From: an uncultured Gemmatimonadales bacterium
Lineage (GTDB): Bacteria > Gemmatimonadota > Gemmatimonadetes > Longimicrobiales > RSA9
Assembly: GCA_963783305.1 (NCBI GenBank)
Contig: CAWAMW010000016.1
Span: 416,001-480,000, forward strand
Length of the DNA stretch: 64,000 nt
Reading direction: 5' to 3'
Shown here one piece after another: positions 51,449 through 61,090 of the stretch; the first letter of the stretch is position 1, and every line of letters starts with the position of its first letter. The translations under genes and the position numbers were made by a program. Under the pieces are notes generated by a model. That model saw only the letters and a list, made by a program, of their open reading frames with translations. It ran no database searches and was not told the DNA's origin.

Positions 51449-54400
51449 ATGAACACTCCTCGTAAGGCGAACTATTGGCTGGGCGCACTGGTCGCGCTGA
51501 TGGTCGGCGCCGCGCCCGTCATGGCGCAGCAGACCGGTTCCGTCGCCGGCCTCGTGCGCTCTGAGACCGGGGAGCCGATCCCCGGTGCCCAGGTCAGCAT
51601 CGTGGGTACGAACCTCGGTACACTGACCCAGGAAAACGGCCGTTACCTCATCCGCCAGGTCCCCGAGGGGGATTACCAGGTGCGGGTCGAGCTCATCGGC
51701 TTCGGCACCGCCACGCGCCCCATCGCGGTGCTGGCGGGCCAGACGATCACGGCCAACGTCACACTGAACTCGGAGGCCATCGCCCTCGAGGAGATCGTGG
51801 TGACGGGCGTTTCGGGCCCGACCGCGAAGATGAACCTCCCCATCGAGGTCTCCGTCGTGGACTCGGCCTCGCTGTCGGTGACGTCCTCTTCGGCGGGCGG
51901 CATGCTGGCCGGTAAGGTGGCCGGCGCGCGCGTGCTGGGGAACACGGGTCTGCCGGGGAGCGCGCCGTCGATCATGCTGCGTGGTCCCACGAGCATCAAC
52001 GGCAACGGCCGGGGCCAGGAGCCGCTGTTCATCGTGGACGGCGTGATCCTGGGCTCGAGCCTCGCGGACATCAACTCCGAGGACATCGAGAGCATCGAGG
52101 TCGTGAAGGGCGCCGCCGCGGCGTCTCTGTACGGCTCCCGTGCCGCCAACGGCGTGGTCCAGATCCGCACGAAGCGGGGTCGGGGCATCGCCGAGGGCGC
52201 TCCGCGCTACACGTTCCGTACCGAGTACGGCATGAACAGCCTGGAGAAGGAGATCGATCTCGCGAACAACCACCTGTTCTCGATGACAGCCGATCAGAGC
52301 GCGTTCTCCAACTCGACGGAGGCGGGCTGCGAGTCGTTCAACTACCTGAACACCGAGTGCGCGCTCGAGGCGCCGAGCAACCTTTCCCGGGCCTACCAGA
52401 TCAACCCGTGGCCGGGGACGCACTACAACAACATGGATCGTTTCTTCGATCCGGGGAGCCTGTGGCAGAGCTACCTGTCGGCCGCCGGCCGGTCGGGCAA
52501 CACGAACTATCACATCTCCTTCACGAACAACCAGCAGGAAGGCGTCCTGTACAATCAGGACGGCTACAAGCGCAACGCCTTCCGGATGAACCTGGACCAG
52601 GGCTTCGACACGCCGCTGCAGCTGTCGGCGAACGTGTACTACTCCCGGTCCGAGCAGGACGACGTGTCCGAGGGCTCCGGGTCGGTGCTGTACAACCTGA
52701 TGCTCGCCGTTCCGATCGTGGACCTGGCGCGCATGAATGACGAGACGGGGCAGGTCGCGCATAAGCTCGAGCCCCGCTCGAACGAGGACAACCCGATCTA
52801 CGAGCTGACCTACCGCGACCAGATGAACGAGCGGCAGCGGTTCGTGGGTGGCGGTAACCTCCGGTGGGAGGCGGCCGACTGGATGGACTTCGAGGCCAAC
52901 CTGAGCTTCGATCGGCTCGACTACCACCGCAACAACTTCTATCCGAACCCGTACTACACCAACCAGGCGAGCAGCTTGAACCAGGGCTTCCTGGGCAAGC
53001 GGAACGACGTAACGGAGGCCTGGAACGCCAGCGCCACCGCGACGTTCAACAAGAGCTTCGGCGCGCTCGCCAACCGCACGCAGTTCCGGTACCTCATGGA
53101 GGACCAGGACTACAACCGGTTCGATGCGGAGGGCCGTCAGTTCGTCGTCAAGAACACGCCCAACCTGAACGTGGTCACGGCCGGTACGGAGGGCGTGAGC
53201 TCCCTCCACGAGACGATTCGGTCGGAGGGCTACTTCGCCATCACCAACTTCAACTACGATGGCCGCTACATCATCGACGCCCTGATCCGCCGCGACGGCA
53301 GCTCGCTGTTCGGCCCGGAGGAGCGGTGGCAGACGTATTACCGCGGCGCCCTGGCCTGGCGCGTGTCGAACGAGCCGTTCTTCAACGTGCCGGCGATCGA
53401 TCAGCTCAAGCTGCGCTACTCCTACGGCACGGCCGGCGGTCGGCCGCGCTTCGACGCGCAGTACGAGACGTACAGCGTGACGGGCGGTCAGATCCGCGGC
53501 GTGACGCTGGGTAACGAGAACCTGGCGCCCGAGCTGGCCAAGGAGCACGAGGCCGGTGTGGACATGCAGTTCCTCGATCGCTTCGACGCGAGCGTCACGT
53601 ACGCCAAGTCGAACGTCGAGGACCAGATCCTGCCGGTGCCGCTGCCGGCGCCGTCGGGCTTCCAGGCGCAGTGGCGGAACGCGGGTACGCTGGAGAGCAC
53701 CACGTGGGAGGCCTCGCTGGGCGCGCAGCTCATGCAGAAGGCCGACCTGAACTGGAGCGCTCGGGTACTGTTCGACCGGACGCGCCAGGAGATCACCGAG
53801 CTGTCCGTGCCGGCGTATCGGTACGGCGTGAACCAGCAGGGGATCGACAACGTGTTCTACGCCCGTCAGGGTGAGTCGGTGGGTACGTTCTACGGGACGG
53901 CCTTCGCTCACAGCTGCTCGGACCTGAACATCGACCAGGCCACGTGTACTGCCGAGTTCAAGACGAACGACGAGGGCTACCTCGTGTGGGTGGGCGCCGG
54001 CAACTCTGCCACGAGCGGTCCCGGGGCCGACAACCAGGTGGCGACGGACGACGATCTGTGGCTCACAAGCACGACGATCGGCGAACGCAGCTTCAACTGG
54101 GGGATCCCGGTGAAGGTGCTGAACGAGGATGGCATCGACTTCAGCAAGCTTGGCAGCACGGTGCCGGACTTCAACGTCAGCCTGTCCAGCAACCTCGACT
54201 GGCGTGGATTCTCGTTCTACGGCCTGCTCGACAGCTCCATGGGCTTCGACGTCTACAACCTGACGCGCCAGTGGGCGTACCGTGATTTCCGCGCCAAGGT
54301 GCAGGACCAGACGGGTCTCGCGGCGGGCGACATGAAGCCGGCCACGTATCACCAGACGCTCTACAACGTTGCGTCGGTGAGCGAGGAGTTCGTGGAGGAC

Positions 54401-54664
54401 GGCAGCTTCGTCAAGCTGCGTGAGCTCTCCGCCCGCTACACGATCGGTCAGGATGGCCTCTTCGGCTTCCAGATCCCGGGCGCCAACCGCGTCACTCTCG
54501 GCCTGGTCGGCCGCAACCTGGTGACCTGGACGGACTACAGTGGCTTCGATCCGGAAACGGGCTTCAGCGGCGGTGAGAGCGGCTCGGCCGTGATCAACCG
54601 CTTCGACGCGTACCGGTACCCGAACTTCCGTACCGTGACCGCCATGATCGAGCTCGGCTTCTAA
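51449..54664 (+). CDS. SusC/RagA-family TonB-dependent outer membrane transporter
   Basis: Signal peptide, carboxypeptidase-regulatory-like N-domain, PLFIVDGV, IESIEVVKGAAAASLYGSRAANGVVQIRTK, FVKLRE, C-terminal F. Confidence 0.95.
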   Translation: MNTPRKANYWLGALVALMVGAAPVMAQQTGSVAGLVRSETGEPIPGAQVSIVGTNLGTLTQENGRYLIRQVPEGDYQVRVELIGFGTATRPIAVLAGQTITANVTLNSEAIALEEIVVTGVSGPTAKMNLPIEVSVVDSASLSVTSSSAGGMLAGKVAGARVLGNTGLPGSAPSIMLRGPTSINGNGRGQEPLFIVDGVILGSSLADINSEDIESIEVVKGAAAASLYGSRAANGVVQIRTKRGRGIAEGAPRYTFRTEYGMNSLEKEIDLANNHLFSMTADQSAFSNSTEAGCESFNYLNTECALEAPSNLSRAYQINPWPGTHYNNMDRFFDPGSLWQSYLSAAGRSGNTNYHISFTNNQQEGVLYNQDGYKRNAFRMNLDQGFDTPLQLSANVYYSRSEQDDVSEGSGSVLYNLMLAVPIVDLARMNDETGQVAHKLEPRSNEDNPIYELTYRDQMNERQRFVGGGNLRWEAADWMDFEANLSFDRLDYHRNNFYPNPYYTNQASSLNQGFLGKRNDVTEAWNASATATFNKSFGALANRTQFRYLMEDQDYNRFDAEGRQFVVKNTPNLNVVTAGTEGVSSLHETIRSEGYFAITNFNYDGRYIIDALIRRDGSSLFGPEERWQTYYRGALAWRVSNEPFFNVPAIDQLKLRYSYGTAGGRPRFDAQYETYSVTGGQIRGVTLGNENLAPELAKEHEAGVDMQFLDRFDASVTYAKSNVEDQILPVPLPAPSGFQAQWRNAGTLESTTWEASLGAQLMQKADLNWSARVLFDRTRQEITELSVPAYRYGVNQQGIDNVFYARQGESVGTFYGTAFAHSCSDLNIDQATCTAEFKTNDEGYLVWVGAGNSATSGPGADNQVATDDDLWLTSTTIGERSFNWGIPVKVLNEDGIDFSKLGSTVPDFNVSLSSNLDWRGFSFYGLLDSSMGFDVYNLTRQWAYRDFRAKVQDQTGLAAGDMKPATYHQTLYNVASVSEEFVEDGSFVKLRELSARYTIGQDGLFGFQIPGANRVTLGLVGRNLVTWTDYSGFDPETGFSGGESGSAVINRFDAYRYPNFRTVTAMIELGF

Positions 54665-54684
54665 CTCCAATAATGAGGGACCAT

Positions 54685-56268
54685 ATGAGAACATTCTTCA
54701 AGACACTGCCGGTCGCCGGCCTGCTGCTTCTCGCAGCAGGCTGCGCCGACCTGGTGGTGCCGAACGAGAACGACCCGGACCGCGTGCGCGCCATCGCCAC
54801 GGCGACCGACGTGCAGTCGCTGGTCTCGACGTCGTTCGTACCCACGTGGAACGCGCAGCAGTGGTACGACGGGCTGGCCATGCCGCTCAGCACCATGGCG
54901 TGGGAGCACGCCGCTTCCTGGGGGAACGCCGGGATGTGGCAGATGTCGTGGTACCCGCGCGAGGCCTGGCCGAACAACCAGGGCTGGTCGTACTACGCCT
55001 GGATCGAGTACGGCTGGTCTCAGCCGTATCAGTCCGCCGCTCCGGCGGCCGAGGCGCTCCGCGCCATCGACGGTGGCCTCAAGATCGAGCTGGACGAGGA
55101 GGGTGACCAGACAGCGCGCGCGCAGGCGTTCGCCCACTTCATCCTGGGCTATTCGCTGGGCACCATCGCGCTGACCTACGATCGCGGCTTCGTGGTGGAC
55201 GAGAACGCGGATCTGGAGAACCTCCAGCTGCAGCCGTACGACGAGGTGATGGACGCGGCGCTGGATCATTTCCAGACGTCGATCGACATCTCGAACGCGA
55301 ACGACTTCCAGCTGCCGGACGGCTGGATCCGGGGCAACCCCATGACCAGCGACGAGTTCGCGCAGCTGGCGCACTCGTACATGGCGCGGTACATGACGAA
55401 GGTCGCCCGGTACCCGGCTGACCGGGCTGCCGTGGACTGGAACGCGGTGATTCAGCACGTGGACGCGGGCATCACCGAGGACTTCATGATCGACCACGAG
55501 GCCGACGTCTGGTGGGACGACGTGAAGATCTACGCGGACATCTTCCCGTCGTGGTCGCGTGCGCCCTACATGTGGTGGGGTCAGGCGGATACCTCCGGTG
55601 GGTACGAGGCGTGGATGGCCAAGGCGCCCGCGGACCGTACGGAGTTCCTGATCATGACGCCCGACCAGCGGTACCCGCAGGGGAGCACCATCGAGGAGCA
55701 GCGGGCGAACCCGGGGATGTACCTGGTCAACATCGACCCGCGGCCCTTCAATGCGGCCCGCGGCAGCTGGTACTTCTCGTACTACAGGAACGCGCGGTAC
55801 GATTACTACGGCGATGCTTCCTACGTGGCGGCGACCCCTGCCTTCAACACCGAAGAGCTGGACCTGATCAAGGCCGAGGGCCTGATCCGGATGGGCGGGG
55901 CAAGCAACCTCGAGGCGGCGGCGACCCTCATCAACAAGACGCGTGTGGCGAACGGTGGTCTGCCGCCGGTGACGGCCGCGGGCGTGCCGGATGGGCCGGC
56001 CACGTGCGTCCCGCAGATGCCCGATGGCAGCTGCGGTGACCTGATGGCGGCGATGAAGTACGAGAAGCGTGTGGAGAACGTGCACACGCAGCTCGGCACG
56101 TGGTTCTTCGACCACCGTGGCTGGGGCGACCTCGAAGAGGGCACCCCGGTTCACGCGCCGATCCCGGCGGGCGAGCTCCAGGTGCTGCAGCTCCCGATCT
56201 ACACCTTCGGTGGCGTGGGCGGGAACTGCGCGGCCGGCTCGAGCTGTACGCCCGAAGGCGGCAGCTGA
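54685..56268 (+). CDS. SusD/RagB-family lipoprotein
   Basis: Lipobox AAGC; ELDLIKAEGL, LINKTR, KYEKRVE..FFDHRGWG; immediately after susC. Confidence 0.85.
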   Translation: MRTFFKTLPVAGLLLLAAGCADLVVPNENDPDRVRAIATATDVQSLVSTSFVPTWNAQQWYDGLAMPLSTMAWEHAASWGNAGMWQMSWYPREAWPNNQGWSYYAWIEYGWSQPYQSAAPAAEALRAIDGGLKIELDEEGDQTARAQAFAHFILGYSLGTIALTYDRGFVVDENADLENLQLQPYDEVMDAALDHFQTSIDISNANDFQLPDGWIRGNPMTSDEFAQLAHSYMARYMTKVARYPADRAAVDWNAVIQHVDAGITEDFMIDHEADVWWDDVKIYADIFPSWSRAPYMWWGQADTSGGYEAWMAKAPADRTEFLIMTPDQRYPQGSTIEEQRANPGMYLVNIDPRPFNAARGSWYFSYYRNARYDYYGDASYVAATPAFNTEELDLIKAEGLIRMGGASNLEAAATLINKTRVANGGLPPVTAAGVPDGPATCVPQMPDGSCGDLMAAMKYEKRVENVHTQLGTWFFDHRGWGDLEEGTPVHAPIPAGELQVLQLPIYTFGGVGGNCAAGSSCTPEGGS

Positions 56269-56340
56269 AGCAGGATGGTGAGTCCGCCGCCCGGCTCCTG
56301 GTCGGGTCCGGCGGTCTCGCGTAGCACAGGAGGATGATGT

Positions 56341-56384
56341 GAAAGGCCGCCCGGGTCAGTAGGTTGACCCGGGCGGTCTTTTCA
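56341..56384. terminator. Strong intrinsic terminator after susCD
   Basis: GAAAGGCCGCCCGGGTCA-loop-TGACCCGGGCGGTCTTTTC. Confidence 0.8.
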
Positions 56385-56442
56385 TTCGAGGAAATCGGCG
56401 AGGCGGGGGCATGGTGGGAGGAATCGCGCGGGATCGGCCGCG

Positions 56443-56985
56443 GTGAGTACGCAGGTATATCTGGGCCTCGGCTCCAACGTGGGCGACCGGGAGTCGCACC
56501 TTCGCCACGCGCTCCGGCGCCTGGCCGAGGAGGCGGAGCTCACGGGCACCTCCTCCGTGTACGAGACCGACCCGGTGGGGTATGCCGATCAGCGGGCCTT
56601 CCTGAACATGGTGGCACGCATCACGACGGACCTGCCGCCCGAGTCCATTCTGGGCCTGGCGCGCCGGATCGAAACGGAGCGGCAGCGCCTGCGTCCTTTT
56701 CGTGGGGCTCCGCGCACGCTGGACGTGGACGTGCTGCTGTACGGAGACCTCTGTCTCGACGAGCCCGGGCTGACGATCCCGCACCCGCGGATGAAGGAGC
56801 GGGCGTTCGTGCTGGTGCCGCTGCTGGAGGTGGCTCCGGCGGCGGTAGATCCGGAGACGGGCCGGCCGCTGCGCGAGTACCTGGAACTCGCCACTACGGC
56901 GGAAAATCGGGGGCGGGAGGAGCCGGCCGCCGGCCTGCCGGGTATCAACCGGATCGGATCGGGGGAGAAGCTGCGGAATGGGTAG
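56443..56985 (+). CDS. folK: 2-amino-4-hydroxy-6-hydroxymethyldihydropteridine diphosphokinase
   Basis: YLGLGSNVG, SSVYET.P, FLN, PRTLDVD, IPHPRM.ER.FVL.PL. Confidence 0.97.
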   Translation: MSTQVYLGLGSNVGDRESHLRHALRRLAEEAELTGTSSVYETDPVGYADQRAFLNMVARITTDLPPESILGLARRIETERQRLRPFRGAPRTLDVDVLLYGDLCLDEPGLTIPHPRMKERAFVLVPLLEVAPAAVDPETGRPLREYLELATTAENRGREEPAAGLPGINRIGSGEKLRNG

Positions 56986-58252
56986 AGGGGGCTGGCTGGC
57001 TGGAGGCATGCTGGCGCTGGTGGTGGCACTGACGCCGGCGTGCGACGCGCAGGATCGCACGGCCCTGGACGGCCGCACGCTGGAAACGCTCATCGACTCG
57101 CTGCTGCCCCAGATCGCGGAGGCCAGCGGGCTCGCAGTGCGGCGGCCGGTCGCGTATACGCTTCAGCCGCGATCCAAGGCGAGGGCCTTCCTGGTGGCGC
57201 AGCTGGACGAGGAGCGGGCGGAGCTCGAGGGAATGGAGCGCGCGTACAAGGCCCTGGGGCTGCTGCCGGACACTCTGCGGCTCCGGCCGCTCATGCTGGA
57301 TCTGCTTACGGAGCAGGTGGTGGGCTACTACGATCCCCGGACGGACCGCCTCTACGTGGTGGAGGGAGTGCCGCTCGCCACCGCGGGGCCGGTGGTGGCG
57401 CACGAGCTCGTACATGCGCTCCAGGACCAGCACACGAACCTCGACTCCCTGGTCCTGCCGGAGCGAGGCAACGATCGGCGTCTGGCCGCGCAGTCCGCGG
57501 CCGAGGGTCAGGCGATGTTCGTCATGCTGGCGCTGCAGGCCGCCGAGACGAGCGGGCGGCCCATTGATCCCGGCGCCCTGCCGGACCTGGGGCCCATGCT
57601 GCGGCCCGCGCTGGAAGCCCAGAACGAGCAGTACCCGGTCTTCCAGCGCGCGCCCCGGCTCGTGAGAGAGACACTGATCTTCCCCTACATCGGCGGCGCC
57701 GGCTTCGTCCAGGCGCTCCATCGCGCCCGTGAAGGAGGCCAGCCGCCGGTGCCGTTCGGTGATCTCCTTCCCCAGTCCACGGAGCAGGTCCTCGATCCGG
57801 AGGGGGCGTTCCTTGGATCACGGGATCATCCCACGGAGCTGACGCTCGGGCCGGCCTCGAACGGCTGGTCGGTGGCGTACCAGAACACGCTCGGTCAGCT
57901 GGAAGCGCGGATCCTCATGACCGAGCGCGCGGGGCAGAGCGCGGCAGATGCGGTCGCCGGTTGGGACGGGGACCGGTACACCGTGCTCGACGGACCGGCC
58001 GGTGCGGTGGCACTGGTCTGGTACAGCGTCTGGGACGACCCGGCCGCCGCCGACCGATTCGTCCGTGGCTACCGCCGCTGGGCCACGTCGGCCGCGGGGG
58101 GCCGCGCCCAGGGGCTGGGCCCCGGCACGGCCGAGCGGCTTCAGGTCGACGGACGGTCGGTGGTCCGGGTGGTGGAAACGAGCCGGGGGACCCGTCCTTC
58201 CGCCGTGGGGCTGCCGCCGCTCGTCAGCCTCACCGAGTCCGCCCCCGAGTAG
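56978..58252 (+). CDS. Putative lipoprotein with zincin-like HExxH motif
   Basis: Lipobox LTPAC; GYYDP, AHELVHALQDQH, downstream EG, FPY..G, STEQVL. Confidence 0.75.
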   Translation: MGRGGWLAGGMLALVVALTPACDAQDRTALDGRTLETLIDSLLPQIAEASGLAVRRPVAYTLQPRSKARAFLVAQLDEERAELEGMERAYKALGLLPDTLRLRPLMLDLLTEQVVGYYDPRTDRLYVVEGVPLATAGPVVAHELVHALQDQHTNLDSLVLPERGNDRRLAAQSAAEGQAMFVMLALQAAETSGRPIDPGALPDLGPMLRPALEAQNEQYPVFQRAPRLVRETLIFPYIGGAGFVQALHRAREGGQPPVPFGDLLPQSTEQVLDPEGAFLGSRDHPTELTLGPASNGWSVAYQNTLGQLEARILMTERAGQSAADAVAGWDGDRYTVLDGPAGAVALVWYSVWDDPAAADRFVRGYRRWATSAAGGRAQGLGPGTAERLQVDGRSVVRVVETSRGTRPSAVGLPPLVSLTESAPE

Positions 58253-59593
58253 TCAGAGGTCCATGGTCACCAGGCCGGTGAAGCCCGGCAGCGGCGTGAT
58301 CTCCACGTCCGCAGCGCTCTTCTCGCGGCTCCGCCTGGTCTTGCCGTTCCCGTTCGCCTGACCGTTGCTCGACGCGTGACCGTTTGTGGCCGCGTGACCG
58401 TTGCTCCCGCCATTGGAACGGACCGACGACCTCGCGCCGTTCTTCCCGTTCTTCCCGTTCTTCCCGTTCACGCCTCGCCCGTTCTCCAGCCCGGTCACCC
58501 GGTTGGTACCGGCGGCGCACCCGCTGCCCGCGACCGCCACCTCCTGACGGGGAAGGGGATAGCGGAACTCCTCGCCGGCGTAGTTTCGGAGCACGACCTC
58601 GTTGTCGGTTACGGCCTGGACGTACTCGGGAAGGATGGGGATCTTGCCGCCGCCGCCGGGGGCGTCGATGACGTAGTGGGGCACGCCGAGCCCGGAGGTC
58701 CAGCCGCGGAGCGCCTGGATGATCTCAATGCCCTTCTGGACGGAAGTGCGGAAGTGCTCTCCACCGGCGACCACGTCGGCCTGGTAGATGTAGTACGGCT
58801 TCACGCGATTTCGCAGCAGCTTCTGCATCAGCCGCTTCATGGTGTCCGGGTCGTCGTTGACGCCCTTCAGGAGCACCGTCTGCGAGCCCAGCGGAGCGCC
58901 GCAGTCGGCGAGGCGCGCGAGCGCCTGCTCCGCGGCGGGCGTGAGCTCGTCGGGGTGGTTGAAGTGGACGTTGACGTATACCGGATGGTGGCGACGGATG
59001 ATGTCGCAGAGCTCCGGTGTGATCCTCTCCGGAAGGTGGCTGGGCACCCGGGTGTGGATGCGGATGATCTCGATGTGCGGGATGGCCCGCAGCGTGGAGA
59101 GGAAGTACTCGACCCTGCGATCGCTCAGGAGCAGTGGATCGCCGCCCGAAAGGACGACGTCGCGGACTTCCGGGTGCGCGCGGAGGTAATCGAAGGCCGC
59201 GTCGAACTGGTTGAGCGGGATCTTCTCCGGATCGCCCACCTTCCGTCGCCGGGTGCAGAACCGGCAGTACGTGGAGCAGACGGGGCTCACCAGGAAGAGC
59301 ACGCGGTCGGGATAGCGGTGCGTGATATTGGGGACGGGGGAGTCCGCATCCTCGTCGAGGGAGTCGACGATCCCGTCGACGATCTCGTTCTCGGCCGCCG
59401 TGGGCACGTACTGGTTCCACGCCCAGTCGCCCGGGCGCTTGATCTGCGACATGGCGGCCGGCGTGATGCGGAGGTTGAACTTGTCGATGGCTCGCTCGAC
59501 GGCCTCGCGGTCCACGTTCTCGGCGCCGAACCGCTCGACGAGCTCGTCGACGGTTGTGAGGCTGCTCTTCAGTGTATCCTGCCAGTTGGACAT
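58253..59593 (-). CDS. kamA: KamA-family radical SAM protein (lysine 2,3-aminomutase)
   Basis: HRYPDRVL, CSTYCRFC, LSGGDPL, HFNHP, QTVLLKGVND, PYYIYQAD, VIDAPGGGGKIP. Confidence 0.93.
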   Translation of the reverse strand: MSNWQDTLKSSLTTVDELVERFGAENVDREAVERAIDKFNLRITPAAMSQIKRPGDWAWNQYVPTAAENEIVDGIVDSLDEDADSPVPNITHRYPDRVLFLVSPVCSTYCRFCTRRRKVGDPEKIPLNQFDAAFDYLRAHPEVRDVVLSGGDPLLLSDRRVEYFLSTLRAIPHIEIIRIHTRVPSHLPERITPELCDIIRRHHPVYVNVHFNHPDELTPAAEQALARLADCGAPLGSQTVLLKGVNDDPDTMKRLMQKLLRNRVKPYYIYQADVVAGGEHFRTSVQKGIEIIQALRGWTSGLGVPHYVIDAPGGGGKIPILPEYVQAVTDNEVVLRNYAGEEFRYPLPRQEVAVAGSGCAAGTNRVTGLENGRGVNGKNGKNGKNGARSSVRSNGGSNGHAATNGHASSNGQANGNGKTRRSREKSAADVEITPLPGFTGLVTMDL

Positions 59594-59609
59594 GGGTGAT
59601 CTCTTGGAG

Positions 59610-60167
59610 TCAGGCGTGGTCGAAGCTTCGGACGAAGATCACGCGATCATCGCCCGGGGCGTAGAAGTCCGGCACACGAGCCGCGACGGTATAGCCGCGC
59701 CGCTCGTAGAACGCCCGTGTGGGCGTGTAGTCGTCCCGTGACGATGTCTCGATCACCACGAGCCGGGCCTGGTTCTCGACGAGCCTTCGCTCCACCTCCT
59801 CCATCAGCAGGGTCCCGACGCCCTGGCCCTGTGTCTCGCCGGCGACGGCGATCCAGTACAGGTCCCAGGTGCCGCTCGTGCACGGCGTAGGGCCGTAGCA
59901 CGCGTAGCCCAGGAGGTCACCGCGCGGGGTGAAGGCGCCCAGCGCATGGTAGTCTCTCCCGGGATGGGTCAGGTACTCGTCCAGCACTTCCATCGCCACG
60001 TCCTCCTCGTCGGCGCTGAACAGCGGCTCCGACCGGACCAGCGTTTCCAGCGAGGGCCGATCCCCCGGCTCCAGGTCCCGAAGGCGGGCCGACGTGGGGA
60101 GCAGCGTTCCGCGCTCGATCTCGATGTCGATGTCGAACGGCGGGACCGCGATGTGACGGTGCGTCAT
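59610..60167 (-). CDS. GNAT N-acetyltransferase
   Basis: GYACYGPTP, DLYWIAV, QGQGVGTLL, ETSS, TRAFYERRGY. Confidence 0.9.
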   Translation of the reverse strand: MTHRHIAVPPFDIDIEIERGTLLPTSARLRDLEPGDRPSLETLVRSEPLFSADEEDVAMEVLDEYLTHPGRDYHALGAFTPRGDLLGYACYGPTPCTSGTWDLYWIAVAGETQGQGVGTLLMEEVERRLVENQARLVVIETSSRDDYTPTRAFYERRGYTVAARVPDFYAPGDDRVIFVRSFDHA

Positions 60168-61090
60168 CGTGCCTCCTCGAGGATTCGAGCGATGAGCCCG
60201 TCATAGCCCCAGCCGGCGGCGTTGGCCATGCGGGCCAGGCCGGCGGAAGGGGCGAGGTCGGGATTGGGGTTCACCTCCAGGATCCAGGGCTGGCCGGCGT
60301 CATCGGTCCGCAGGTCCACCCGGCCGTAGCCGGTCCCTCCCACGGCGTCCCACGCCCGCAGTGCGAGATCCACCACCCGGTCTTGCAGGGTGGCGCTGAT
60401 ACGCGCCGGGCAGACGGGAAGGGTGTCGCGATCGGCGCTGGAGCCGGGAGCCCACTTGGCGGCGTAGGTCACCACCCGCTGTGTCCCTGCGAAGACGATC
60501 TCCGACACGGGCAGGACGGACTCGCCCACGATCCCGACGTTCAGCTCCCGCCCGCCCACGAACGACTGCACCAGTGCGGGAGTGGGGAAGCGGGAAATCG
60601 CCGCGCTGAGCTCCCACGGATCGTCGACGATCGAGCCATCGTGGATGCCCACGGAGCCGTCCTCGCCCAGCGGCTTCACGATGGCCGGGAACGCGCTCCA
60701 CCGGCTCGCGGTCTCCGGCCTCGCCACCATCCAGGGCGGGACCGGGAGGCCGGCGGTCTGCAGCAGGGCGTTCACCCGGTCCTTCCGTCGCGCCAGCGCG
60801 AGACAGTCGGAGCGCGCGCCGGTCATGGAGCGTCCCGCCAGCTCCTGGAGCGCGGCCACACGGGGCTCATCCTCCGCGCGTCCTTCGAGCCCCTCCACCA
60901 GATTGAACAGCAGGTCCACGGCCGTGAGGCGCGGCAGGAGCCGTTCGAGCGGGCGGCCCACGGGAATGGGGAAGGCTGCGTGGCCCATGCGCCCGAGCGC
61001 GGCGAGCACCGCATCCACAGACTCCAGCACGCCAGCGGTGTCCGGGTTTCCACCCCGCGCCCCGGCATCGTGTGTGACGGCAATTCTCAT
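60164..61090 (-). CDS. D-Ala-D-Ala-ligase-like ATP-grasp enzyme (paralog 2)
   Basis: FNLVEG, IVKPLGEDGSVGI, GRELNV, GRVDLR, LEVNPNPD. Confidence 0.88.
   Translation of the reverse strand: MRIAVTHDAGARGGNPDTAGVLESVDAVLAALGRMGHAAFPIPVGRPLERLLPRLTAVDLLFNLVEGLEGRAEDEPRVAALQELAGRSMTGARSDCLALARRKDRVNALLQTAGLPVPPWMVARPETASRWSAFPAIVKPLGEDGSVGIHDGSIVDDPWELSAAISRFPTPALVQSFVGGRELNVGIVGESVLPVSEIVFAGTQRVVTYAAKWAPGSSADRDTLPVCPARISATLQDRVVDLALRAWDAVGGTGYGRVDLRTDDAGQPWILEVNPNPDLAPSAGLARMANAAGWGYDGLIARILEEAR

Noticed and set aside
51431..54694. 1087-aa minus-strand ORF
   Set aside because: Antisense shadow of the SusC-like gene
58253..59593. EpmB for EF-P modification
   Set aside because: Not linked to efp (33 kb away) or epmA; sequence is KamA-like and embedded in the ligase operon, although a role in trans cannot be excluded
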